NCBI RefSeq assembly: GCF_018977255.1
Contig: NW_024704743.1
Span: 7,318,001 to 7,382,000 of the forward strand
Origin: Callorhinchus milii
Lineage: Eukaryota
Reading direction: 5' to 3'
Length of the DNA: 64,000 nucleotides
Both the position numbers and the translations under genes were made by a program. This document shows positions 27,210 through 38,900 of this stretch, piece after piece (positions within the stretch are counted from its first letter, which is position 1; every line of letters begins with the position of its first letter). A model generated the notes under the pieces. It saw only the letters and a list, made by a program, of their open reading frames with translations. It ran no database searches and was not told the DNA's origin.

Positions 27210-27605
27210 CCACATTTGATATAGCACTTTATCACATCTTTAAAATATCTCAACCATCTCCACAGGATTTTTATTGGAAAGTATTGTGGCTGTGTATTTA
27301 AATCATGAAGTGAATGACTAATTTAATCTGGAAGATTTTTTACCAAAGCACCGGGAGAAAGCCTCCTCTCATTTTGAACAGTGCAACGGAAACTTTAATG
27401 TCCACCTGAACAGGCAGATGGGATCGTGGTTTAACATCTCAAAAGTCTCATCTTGAGGAACGGCACCTTCGACAATGCCATGCTCCTTCGACACTGCACT
27501 TGAATCACTGCGCTGTCTACACTGCGAGCTCAGAGTCACTGACATGGGCTTAACACACAATTGACCAAAAGGCAAAATTGCTAGCGACTGAGGCAAGCTG
27601 ACACA
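27210..27605 (-). mobile_element. SINE family A
   Basis: Reverse core ctttaatgtccacctgaacaggcagatggg and head remnant. Confidence 0.72.
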
Positions 27606-27649
27606 GAATCAATCTTTATCTCCAAATCTGACTAATCTCTGATCTCCTT

Positions 27650-29310
27650 TGCAGATGGTCAACTATCCCAAGATCTTGTTCTCCACCACACATCATCACC
27701 ACCACACACACCCTCAAGGACCCTCGATCCTCACCTCAAATACTAAAAGGAAAGAGGTCTTGGACTTTTTTGTTTAAAAGATAGACAGCTTCTCCTTGGC
27801 TACATCCTCTTCCTCCCCCATGTGCCCCCACATTTTCTGATATGGATCCTACCATTGCCCCCACCTTATACTCCTTTGCCTTGTTTCTCCCTGCTTCTTC
27901 TCAAACATCATCACCCATATGAAGTCCACTATCTGCTGCCTCAATCCCTTCCCCAACTCCTCTCCTCTGCTCCTTGCTGGCAGATACAGCTAACATGTCC
28001 CTCTCTTCAGGCACTGCTTCCTCCTCCTGAATACCGCTCTCATCACGCCTTTCCTCAAAGAAAACCACTCTTGATTCTTCTAAGTGTGCAAACTACCGGT
28101 CCATTTCAAACTTACCCTTCATTTCTGAAGTTCAGAATGTATTGTTGCCAGCCATCTTCACTCACACCTCCTCCATTTCCTATTTTAGACCTTCTGGTCC
28201 AGTTTGCATCACCCACAGCAGAGACAGCGCTCATCAAAATTGGAGTTGATATCCTCACTGTTTGCCGGGCTCCCTCTGCCTCACTGACTTCCTAGACCAG
28301 TTGCTTTCAACACACTCAATTATGCCATCCTCCTTAATCACATCTCCTTCCACATCCACCACAGTGGGCCACACTCTCCTGGTTTAAGTCCTACTTGACC
28401 CATTGCAATCATTATGTCTCCACAAATGGTTTCTCTTCCTGTCTCCACAAGGTCATTTGTGCCATACAGTCCTGTAGCTCAGTGGTTAGAGCACTCGCTT
28501 TGCAAGCGAGAGACCTGAGTTCAATTCCAGGCAGGGCGAAACCTTGGGCAAGTTTCCTTACTCCACACCCCTAATAATAATCCCTCCAAAACTAAAAACA
28601 ATAATAAAAATTGGTCATTTTCAATCTACGACTGTTTGTGGGACATTGCTGTGCGCAATTGGCAGCCGCGTTCGCCTACAAATATACAGTCAATTCACTT
28701 TACAGTGTGTTCTGTGAAGCGCTTTGGGACGTCCTCCCGACGTGAAAAGCACTATATCAAATGCAAGATTATTATTATTATTATTATACCCCAAGGCTCA
28801 GCCTTGGCCTCCTCCTTTTCCTCATTTACATACTCCATCTCAGTGATGTCATCCACAGACATGGGGTCGACTTTCACAAAATATGCGGATGACACACAAA
28901 TCTAGTTTTCCTCCTCCAGCTACAATCGTAGGACCACTGATGTTCTGTCATCTTGCTTGTCAGACATTAAGGCAGGATGAGCGCCAACTTTCTGCACCTG
29001 AATGTTGACAAGATGGAAGGCATCCTTCTTGACTCCTACCAGAGTCTTATCACCTGCAGGTCCAACTTTCTTAATCTCCCTGGCCTATCCCTTAGACTTA
29101 CTGAACCTGTGCACGACTTACATTTGATCCCCACATCGCTGACCAGGACTGCTTTCTCCATATCCACCATATTACCCACCTCCGACATACCGCATCCCCA
29201 ACGCAGCTGAAACTCTTATTCACCTCGATTTTTCCAACAGCCGCCTCGCTGGTCTCCCCAACTCCACCACCCAGAAAATCCAACTGATTCAGAACTCTAC
29301 CAGAATACTT
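27650..29310 (+). mobile_element. Older, heavily decayed L2 RT fragment interrupted by a SINE at 28468-28785
   Basis: TAETALIK, CAI|SINE|PQGS, YADDTQI and MSANFLHLNVDKME; shares subfamily features with 14715-16370. Confidence 0.8.
28468..28785 (+). mobile_element. SINE family B (young; tRNA-Ala-like head, CORE-like stub, shared tail), TSD ATAC
   Basis: gtagctcagtggttagagcactcgctttgcaagcgagagacctgagttcaattcc (anticodon arm CTCGC-TTTGCAA-GCGAG), ccttgggcaagttt and (TTA)n tail. Confidence 0.9.
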
Positions 29311-29348
29311 AGTACCTCCCTAACTCTCTAATCTGCTTGCTCCCTACT

Positions 29349-29915
29349 ACAACAACAACAACAAATTACATTTGTCTAGCCCCTCTCACATCTGGAGGGC
29401 ATCCCAAGGTGCTGGACAGTTGGGATCAGCACCCGAGCTGGTGGTTGGGATCAGGAGGGGTGGAGGGCGGAGAGGGTAGGGATAGTTGGGTGACCGAAGA
29501 CATGGTCAAAGAGGAGGGTCTTGAGTCAGGCCTTGAAAGAGGCAAGGGAGGGGGCGAGCTGGATGACTGTGGGATGGTGTTCCAAAGGGTGGGGCAGAGT
29601 GGCTGAAGGCCCACTCACCAATGGTGGAGCAGGCAAGGTGGGGGATGTGAAGCAGGCTGGAGCCTACTGAGCCCAACTCTGGGCTGCAGAATTCTGGATG
29701 GAGCAGAGATTGGTAAGGGGTTAGGAGTCACAAAGGTAGAGAGGAGCAAAGCCGTGGAAGGCTTTGAAGATGAGGACCAGGATCTTGAACTGTATCCTCT
29801 AAGTGATGGGAGCCAGTGGAACCAGGTGAGGATAAAGGTGATAGCCTGGTGTGGGAGAGGTCATGGGCTGCAGAGTTCTGGATGATCTGCAGCCCGTGGA
29901 GGGAGGAGTTGGGGA
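29349..29915 (-). mobile_element. Degenerate L2 3' fragment(s)
   Basis: Tail seen as (AAC)n at 29349 and GLQIIQNSAA-like coding remnants. Confidence 0.7.
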
Positions 29916-30882
29916 GGCTGACTACCTGGCCCTTTTGTTCACCTGATTCCAGTCTTCTACACGTCCATCTTTCCCTCCGCTCCAACATTGGTGGCTGTGC
30001 TTTTGGCCACTATGGCCTGAAACTCTGGAACTCTCTACCTCCACCTTGTCCCCTCCTTGCCTGACTTCTGATCACACTTGAAGACCTTCCTCTTCTCCCA
30101 TGCCTATGGTCACCGGTCCTTTCTACCTGGCTTCACATCAAGCTCTGCCATTGTTAAGCCCTCTGAGATGCTACCCCTCGTGAAGGGTGCTTTATGAATG
30201 CAAGTTGTTGTGTGCAAATTGATCACTGCGTTTGCTCACAAACAAATACACCTTACAGTAATAATAATATTCTTTGCATTTAATATTGTGACTTTCAAGT
30301 TGGGAGGATGCCTCAGAGCAATTCACAGGATTCACTGCAAAGTGAAATGACTGTTCATTTTGTAAGTGAGCACTGCAGTCCCAATTGCAGTGTCCCACAA
30401 TCAGCCATGAAGTGACTGACCAATTTTATTTGGGGGATTGTTTGTCAGGAGAGTATATCCTGTGATGCACTTTAGAGAGTTGTGAAAAGCCATTATGGGC
30501 AATGTAAGTGTTACTAGCGATGGATTGGGAATCACAACCAAGCTTGGTTCTCTCTGTACCAAACAACAGTGCATTTTCCAAAGGGAGGGGAGTTATTGGG
30601 TACAGATCAAGTGAGAGAATGATACGTTGATCTTTCTGTGCACATTAATGGCCAGTTGCCCTTTCCCCTCTGATGGACTATGTGAGAAAAATTAACAGCA
30701 CACACCAAGGACCCAACCTGGGACTTTCCTGGCCCATCTACCTCTAAACCACAGCAACCAGAATGCTCACCCATTAAGTTATTGCAGAAGCTCTCTCTGA
30801 CCTATTTTGATGATTATCTTCACACCAGACCATACACAAAACCAACACTAATGAGCCAGAGAGTTATTTCCGCAATATGCAG

Positions 30883-30888
30883 TTTATT
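30883..30888 (-). terminator. Candidate MAP3K8 polyadenylation signal (AATAAA), implying a 3' UTR of about 2 kb
   Basis: Minus-strand AATAAA is followed about 35 nt later by a GT-rich tract (gtgttggttttgtgtatggtctggtgtg). No young SINE or L2 copy lies between here and the stop codon. Confidence 0.5.
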
Positions 30889-32869
30889 ACATTGAAAATC
30901 TTTAACAATAAAAGAAGTACAGGAATCTCAAACGAGCAGTGACCACTGACAACAAACAGAGACGAACTGCAGCTTACACTAAATGGGGACGCTTCGATTT
31001 TGACTTTCTTTTTTAAAAAAAGTGTCCATATCCCATTCCCCAAGAAGAGGCCATTCAGGCAACTTTTCCTCAGGCTTCTGCTTTTTGGCTCGTTGCTTGG
31101 CCATGGGCAGGAGTGACCTGGAGAGTTCCACTTGCCAATGTTTCCAATTTCTTCAGAGGAGGATCCTGATTCCAGTCTTGCCTCCTGCCTGCCTCTATGC
31201 AGGATGAATGTCTGTGTAAAGTTGCTCCAGCATGATATAAAGTCTGAGATGTAGGTCAACGTACCACGCACTGGAGGGGTCCAAAGACTTTAAGCACTAT
31301 TCTTTCCATTGATCTTCATGCCATCAGTAATCGCCCATTAGTACACCACGAACATGAATGATAAAGATACTCTTCGCTAAAATCATAAACAGTGCTCATT
31401 TTCACAATAAATTTAAACATCTGCCTGGACCATGGGAAACAGTCTAACACATAACTAGGAGAGGCGGTGAGAGGGGCCACACCCAATTAGAACCAAATAT
31501 AAATTGCAGATATATGAAAATACATCTTTTGAGATATTGGATGGGTTGACCAGATGGAAAGATAAAATGCTTTCAGACTGGAATAGATATTCACTCTAAG
31601 GCACCCTGATTTGAATCCTGCAGCAACCCTCACCGTAACTTATGCCAACCAACTTGTCTAAGAGTTTAAAGAAATGTTACAAATCAGAGACATTGCGAAT
31701 TACACCAACAAAATACAAAACACATGCTCCTTTGGTAGCACAGGGGGAAAAAAAGTTCCTTTTTCTTAATCCAGTGAAGTATTGCTACATTGTGTGACAT
31801 GGTGTTACAGCCCGCTTGCTCACTGTTGTAATTATTTCTCTTATTTCTTCTCCTTCAATATCCTCTGCTGCTGAAGTCTGATTCCGTTTTCATTGTACTG
31901 AGATACCAATCCACAGGCTCTGGTCACCCTCTATGTGCCAAGAGGTGTGTGACCTCCCACAATGAGCATATTATCAGGCCATTTCACTTTGGTAGATCTC
32001 ACTCTGCATCTAGACATGCAGAGCTTGCTGCTGGGCTCGCTATGTAATGGGAACCCTTGGATGATATTCCTCTCCCCAACACATTCCTGGGGTGGTGCAG
32101 AGGACAACTGTATCTACAAATGCTGTCTCGGCTGAGATCAATTAAATCAGTATATATTGGGATTCAAATCCCCAATTTTCTGGTTTGTACGGCAGAATAC
32201 GGCTATACCTTTTACCAACTAGGCCATCAAGTGAGCTCATGCAATATAACAAATAGATCCCAGAAGAACAGTTGTACTATCTTAACTGTCCCATCCCATA
32301 GGGTGTACAAAGCTATCAGCTTACTGCCTTTACAGAGATAAAAGATTACTGTGAACTCAACTCACAGGACATGTCATGTACCATTTTTTCACTTGCACTG
32401 CATTTACTATGTGTACAATCTTGTTTCCATAGGAAAACTTTTTTTTGATAAGTCTATCTCATCAATTAGAACACATTTCCATGAAAGAAATACTATACAT
32501 TAATAAACCAGTGATTATCACTGAAAGCAATGGGAGAGAAGCTCAGCTCAATATCTAAACTCTCAGATACGATATAGGAAGAGAAGTAACAATCGCTCAT
32601 ATGTATACACAGTGGTCAGGTTACACTCTTCAATTACTACTACAGCATTAATTGAAAATAAAACAAGTGAGAGCACAAGGGATCCCTAGCAGAATATGCA
32701 ATAGTAGTGAGTCTGTGAACTATGTTTAATGCTACGATCATAGTGATCTAATGTTCATTATCCCTACAGTGACTCCTCCGATTACTGTGAGAGGTAACTG
32801 GCCTGACTGGTTCTGTATGGCACATTGCTTGGTCAGCTAACCAATTCATCTCTGTCAGGACTATCCTTG

Positions 32870-32997
32870 TCAACCATACTCGGATCCAGGAGGGCCCCTG
32901 ATCAGTTTCAAATAGCCAGCCAAGGCGCCAAGGTCAATATAAAGAGAGTGCTTCCTTTTCGCTACCGTTGACTCTTCATTGCTGCATACAGATGTAT
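32870..32997 (-). CDS. MAP3K8: MAP3K8 last coding exon ([10 protein letters not shown]...[29 protein letters not shown])
   Basis: Too short for the ORF track, so read by hand. Acceptor aattccag| at 32998/32997; phase matches exon 6; TGA at 32872-32870. Confidence 0.94.
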
Positions 32998-35900
32998 CTG
33001 GAATTAACAAAAAAGCAACATTAATAAACATCAAGCTCTTTCTCCTTTATTTCCCTCTAAAATTAAAGATGGGTTATGGACCAGACTGATAAAGAGCATG
33101 GCTCAGTGTCTGCATTTGCTATCGTCGACAACAGTTGTTCAGATTTCTGTCCTAGATTTTTTCAATTCAATAATTTTGCAATGAGACATAGCAATATGAA
33201 TCTCCAGCTCCTCTGATGACCCAATGATAATGTAGCAGTAGTTTGTTATTTTTGTGAGCAATGGGATTTATGAGGAATGGGAGAGGTATTCTCCCATTCC
33301 AGTCAACACAACCCGCCCCCAGGGGTTTGTTCTCAACTGGAGCACAGCAGATATTACGTGCATAGAGAGCAATGTTTAGCCCAGTACCCAGAGGGCTGGT
33401 GTGTCTGTTAACTCGAGCTCAGCTGGAAATCTGAAAGCATCTGGTGGAGGACATGATTTTGAAACAATTTCAGCCTTTGCCCTCAGGGCCAGGATGACAT
33501 TGTGTTTACTAATGTAACTTTGCATGCCTTGGCTTTGTTCTCCACCTCCCCCATATGACACAGACAAGATGCAATGGAAGATTTGCTTTTGCTGATTTTA
33601 ACTTGCTTATCCGTGCCCCTATCTCTAGACTACAGACAGTCTGGAGACTACACATCTCACCCACCCGACTCTGTGACCACCTCCAACCTTACAGACCCAG
33701 CCCCTCTCTTTGCTCAGCATTCACCCAGCCTGCTTCATCTCCACCACCCTACCTGACCCACTCTTGGTGGACAGGTTTACAGCCTATCTGCTCCCATTCT
33801 CTGGAACTCCATCCCAGACTCCATCCAGTTTGCTCCCTCCATCATCTCATTCAAGGTCCATCTCACGATGGCCTAGGTCTTTGACCACTGCTTATCGAGA
33901 CCCTCAACTCCTATCCTTAACTTGGGTGCCCACCCAATATTGTTAAGTGTCTTGGGACTTCCTCTAGTTGAAAGGCACTGTATGAATTATAAATTTATAT
34001 TATTGTATTGTAAAACCTCAACATACAGGATTATTGCTATCAAAGTGGCATTCTGCATTTTGCATTTTTGGTTTCACAAATACATAGTGCAATAGTGTTA
34101 TTTGTATCAAGAGAATATAATATATAATAATAATGTTTGCACTTAATATAGCAGCTGATCACATTGTCAAGATGTTTTAAAGCCCATTTCACAAATAATA
34201 GTTTAAAGTTTTAAAGCCCTAGTTTTGTAAAGGGATGGGTGTACGGGCCTGAAGTCTAAGTCTGTTCTGTTCATTTATCTCTAATTGCTCTGGGATTATC
34301 CCAAGTATTTACAATCTCTTCTCGAGTATCAAAACTTTTTCTCCCTGATTGTGACCTTTGCACCTGGTTATCACCAGCAAGGCTGAGAGGCAATGAGCGG
34401 TAGAGGTGGAGGAACACATCAATTAGTTCCGGTTCATCCTTGTCATATAAATCACGTGGGTGTCCTGATGATATTACAGAAGCTACTCTGAGTCCACTGA
34501 TATAGTCAACTGTATTTACAATGAGAATGTGCTATTAAGGATTATTATTATTATTATTTTTTTAACAGCAGTAAATTAAGACCAGTAGAGGCTCAAATCA
34601 CTCTCTCACTGCCTTCCATGCCCTGCTCTATAATTTCTATATCCACTGACATGTTTTGCTATAATTTTAATAATCCTTGCATTTAATATAGTGCCTTATC
34701 ACATTGTCATGATGTCTCAAAGCGCTTCAAAGGGTATACTGTAAACACTGGGAGAAACTTTGTTTTCTTTTCGAATTGTCCCATGGTATCTTTAATGTCC
34801 ACCGAAGGATAAAAATTGTAAATTGCAACAACACGGTGAATGAAAACTAGCCAATGTATTAACCTTCTGGCCTGAGAAATTGGTCATTTGTAGCTGTCAC
34901 TTTTGCTGGTGAGTTGGCTGCTGTGTTTGCCCACAAAAAAAGTCACTCTACTATACAGTATGTCTCCTGAAGTGCTTTGGGACATCCTCCTGACGTGAAA
35001 GGTGCTCTATCGAGTGCAAGGATTATTAGGATTTATTGAAGTAGCAATTTCCATCTAATCCTTCTCTGGTTGCTAAAGCCAACTTCATTATATAATAATA
35101 ATATAATAAAATACATTTATAGAGCGCCTTTCACGTCGGGAGGACGACCCAAGGCGCTCATTTACTTTCTTTGGGAGAAGAGACTGAAACAACATACCAC
35201 AGATCTGTTCGGGTAATTCCAGTTCATTTTTTCTGAAGACACGACTGATTTCAAAGAGAGCTGAGTCCAAGCTTTGGCACCGTGGCTGATCCTCGGGTGG
35301 GGGGCTCATCGCTGCATGTTTTAGCAATTCTGCTGCGGACCACCTTTGCTTAGGATTTCTTTCCATTGCAGCTTCAATAAACTGCCTCATCGCTGTACTG
35401 CAGTCCTCAGCCACGTCTTCCAATGGGGGAGCCTGTTTGTGGATCTACGGAGAAAAAGATTTAATTAAACGAAAGGTTCACTACAGTAATCCTGAGAAAG
35501 AAAGAAATCCTTGCATTTGATATAGCGCTTTTCACGTCTTCCTGACATCTCAAAGGCTTCACAAAATATACTGAAAAGTGAATTGACTGTATATTTGTGG
35601 GCGAAACACGGCAGCCAATTGCACACAGCAGTGTCCCTCAAACAGTCGTGGATTGAAGTGACCAATTTATTATTGTTTTTTTTTTCTTGAGGGATTATTA
35701 TCAGGCGTGTGGAGTAAGGAAACTTGCCAAAGGTTTCGCCCTGCCTGGGAACTGAACCCAGGTCTCTCGCTTGTGAGGTGAGTGGGAGTGAAAATTAAAA
35801 CATTTGATATAGCACCTTACATATTGGGAGGACGTCTGAAAGCATTTCACAGAATATACTGTAAAGTGTATGAATGTGTATTATGTAGGCGAACATGGCA

Positions 35901-38900
35901 GCCAATTTGTGTACAGCAATATCCCACAAACAGCTATGAATTGAATGACTCATTATATCTGTGGGATTGTTGGCCAGAACACCAGGAGAAACTTGCTTTG
36001 CTTTATGAATATATAAATGCAAATTGTTGTTGTTATTGTTGAACCCACTAACACAGCACAGACCGAAAGTTAAATCTGGGACCTTACTGACTGGAAGACT
36101 CAGTCTCAGTCCCAGCAGTGCCTTTATCAATTCAGCCATGTTGGGCAGTTGCTAACTGTTTCCTGTGTATTGATTTTGCCCCTTCTTTGGGCCCTTCATT
36201 ACCCTGACTAACTTTCCATTCCCTAATCCGAAGTGCTGAGGCCAATATAATTAAACATTCTGAGACACCGCTCCATGTGAAGGGCGCTATATAAATGCAC
36301 GTTGTTGTTGTGATATCTCTCCTTTTGTAATCTCCTACACTCCCCCAGCACTGTTCCAGATGAGACCAGGTAATCCCAGCCTGCATGGCGAGTTACTAAA
36401 TGAACTTACTAAACAGTTAGGCAAGTAACCCAATTTGCATTCAATGATGAAATAGTTTCCTGAGAAGGATAAATTTCCAGAGCGTTACAACCCAATTTTT
36501 GCAAATGCCAATTGCGCACAGCAGTTGTCTCAGTCGTGGATTGAGTGACCACATTTTTTTTGAAAAGAGATATTACTCCCAGAAAGCGATCCGCCAATCG
36601 ACTGACAACGGAGTTCCTGCTTACTGTTAGGTAAACAGAGACGTGTAGAGTGAGAAAACTTGCCTAAGGCTTCAAACCTGCCTGTGTTAGTCAGTGTTAA
36701 TGCTAAAAGTAATGTGTCATTGTGGTTCCAAACCAATGGCCAAACAACCAAACAGTTGCTACAGTTTCAACCATGAGGGTTCAGTGAAGTGTTGGGCCGA
36801 TTCCTTGTGTACTTTTAATGTTCTTTACACCTACTCTTTACGAATTTTAAGATAAATAGACATAAGAACAAAACTTCACTACACCTTTTGTTAATTCTAG
36901 TCCTGTACAATTTATACTTCAAAACAGCAAAGAGTCAATCAATTGCTAATCAGGTATGGCTGTCCAAGATGGACAAATATTATTTTCAATAAATATTTAT
37001 TTAAATAAATATTTAATGTTTTAAACTAAATACAGAGCAAATTTGACCTCTGGGCTTATATAATAATATTAATACATTTATATAAAACTTATATTGTTCT
37101 ATTATGTAATGTAAAACATGGAATGACACCACATATGGCTGTTACATTAATTGCAGGGACATGGGAATTAATAGTAATCCTTATATTTGGGAGAGCACCT
37201 TTCATATTGGGAGGACGTCCCAAAAGCTCTTCACAGGATATAATGTCAGTGTGTGTTTTGTGGGTGAATTAATCACTTAATGCACGACAAGCAATTTAAT
37301 TATTGCGAGTTCGCCATGTGTGGACTCCACACTTTTTGGCTTGACCGGAAAGCTAGTTCACTCTGACTGATCCATTACTTCTTGTTTGTGTGTGTTGCTG
37401 TTGGTAAACTTACGATGTACAAGTAGGAAGGGTAGGCTGATCTCGGGTACCTCTTCACCCAGGGTGGATACCCAGTCTGCATGTGGATAATGGTGGAACC
37501 AAGACTATAGATGTCAGACTTTGTCGAATGACCTCTGCACGTAATAACCTCTGGGCTCATATAAAACTGCAAGAAAACAGAAGGACACAGGCAATGGATT
37601 AAATTATTCTCTCACAAGGTTTCTTTGCCATGGCAGAAAACAAACTGCATAAATATAATAAAGAGAAAGTATCCTATTTTAAAATAATTATTACTTTATA
37701 GAGGAGAAGTTCCTCTTTCTGCTAACAGTAGAGAATTTGATGATGTGTGGGTATAATGGGATACTCCGTTTAAAGTGGGTTTATTATCTTGTTATCATTA
37801 TCTTGCGACATAGCTGTTAATATTTAGTAGCAAGAAGAATTTCATTTTCTAAATTGAGGGTCCACAATGCCATTTTATTCTAAGTAAATCCCACAGAATA
37901 ACAGGATAGACCTAATCTGGAGAATTATTGGCAAGAACACAAGGAGAAATTCCCTTTTTTTAAATAAATAGTTTAAATAGTTTTCAAACAATGGGGAGTT
38001 TATTCACTTTGCAGAGTACAATAAACTGGTCTTAAGCTTGCTTATGTGAACTCAGTGTGACCTCTATTCCCATGAGGTAATGAATTACTCCTGGTTCTTA
38101 CATGTATTTCCCCTACTGTTGGGACGTCTTACAAAAATACAGCCCTTGTTTACAGACGTCAATGTGTTATTTCTCAAACAAGTTTCCAGTTACTAAAATT
38201 GTTTGAGGTCTAACGTGATAAGAAAACCTGCTTTGCCTGTTTCATGGTTAGTAATAATAATAATCCTTGCGCTTGATACAGCGCCTGATCATATCTTCGA
38301 GACGTCTCAAAGGGCTTCACAGAATATACTATGAAGTATAGTGACTGTATATTTTGTGGGCGAATCACGGCAGACAAACCCGCACAGCAGTGTCCCACAA
38401 ACAGTGACCACATTGAGTGACCACATTCTTATTATATTTATTTTTATACACACACATGCAGATAATACACGCATTCACCTCCTCTCCCTACACACACACA
38501 CACACCCACACACAGACACACACACGCGCAGACATACACCCGCATACAGATGTACGTAGTCACATACTATATAAAAAAAGTATTATTGATTATACACACT
38601 CACACATACTATATATAACAATATACAGTACAGTCATTGTATTAAAGATGAATTATTCCCATTGAAGTTGTTTGACAAATTTTATTTTACTGTCTGTTGG
38701 CAAGAGCATGACGCAAGAGTCACACTCTATTTTTCTGGTACTGTACTTGCTCAGAATGTCGACGAGACACAAATGACTCCCAGCCATTTTTCCTACTCAA
38801 GCAAAAAAAAAGTTGACGACAGACACTTCTTCACGTGGACGGTATTTCTTTAAAATTGCACAGAGATTACAGGAATTTTAAACAATTGTGGGTAAATTCC

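Noticed and set aside
30720..30729. Perfect kB site GGGACTTTCC
   Set aside because: It lies in what looks like the reverse B-box region of an old SINE relic (aacctgggac..tcctgg) and is isolated, so it is not credible evidence alone.
30864..31271. 135-aa minus-strand ORF downstream of MAP3K8
   Set aside because: Non-ATG start, no recognisable domain, and it lies in the probable 3' UTR.
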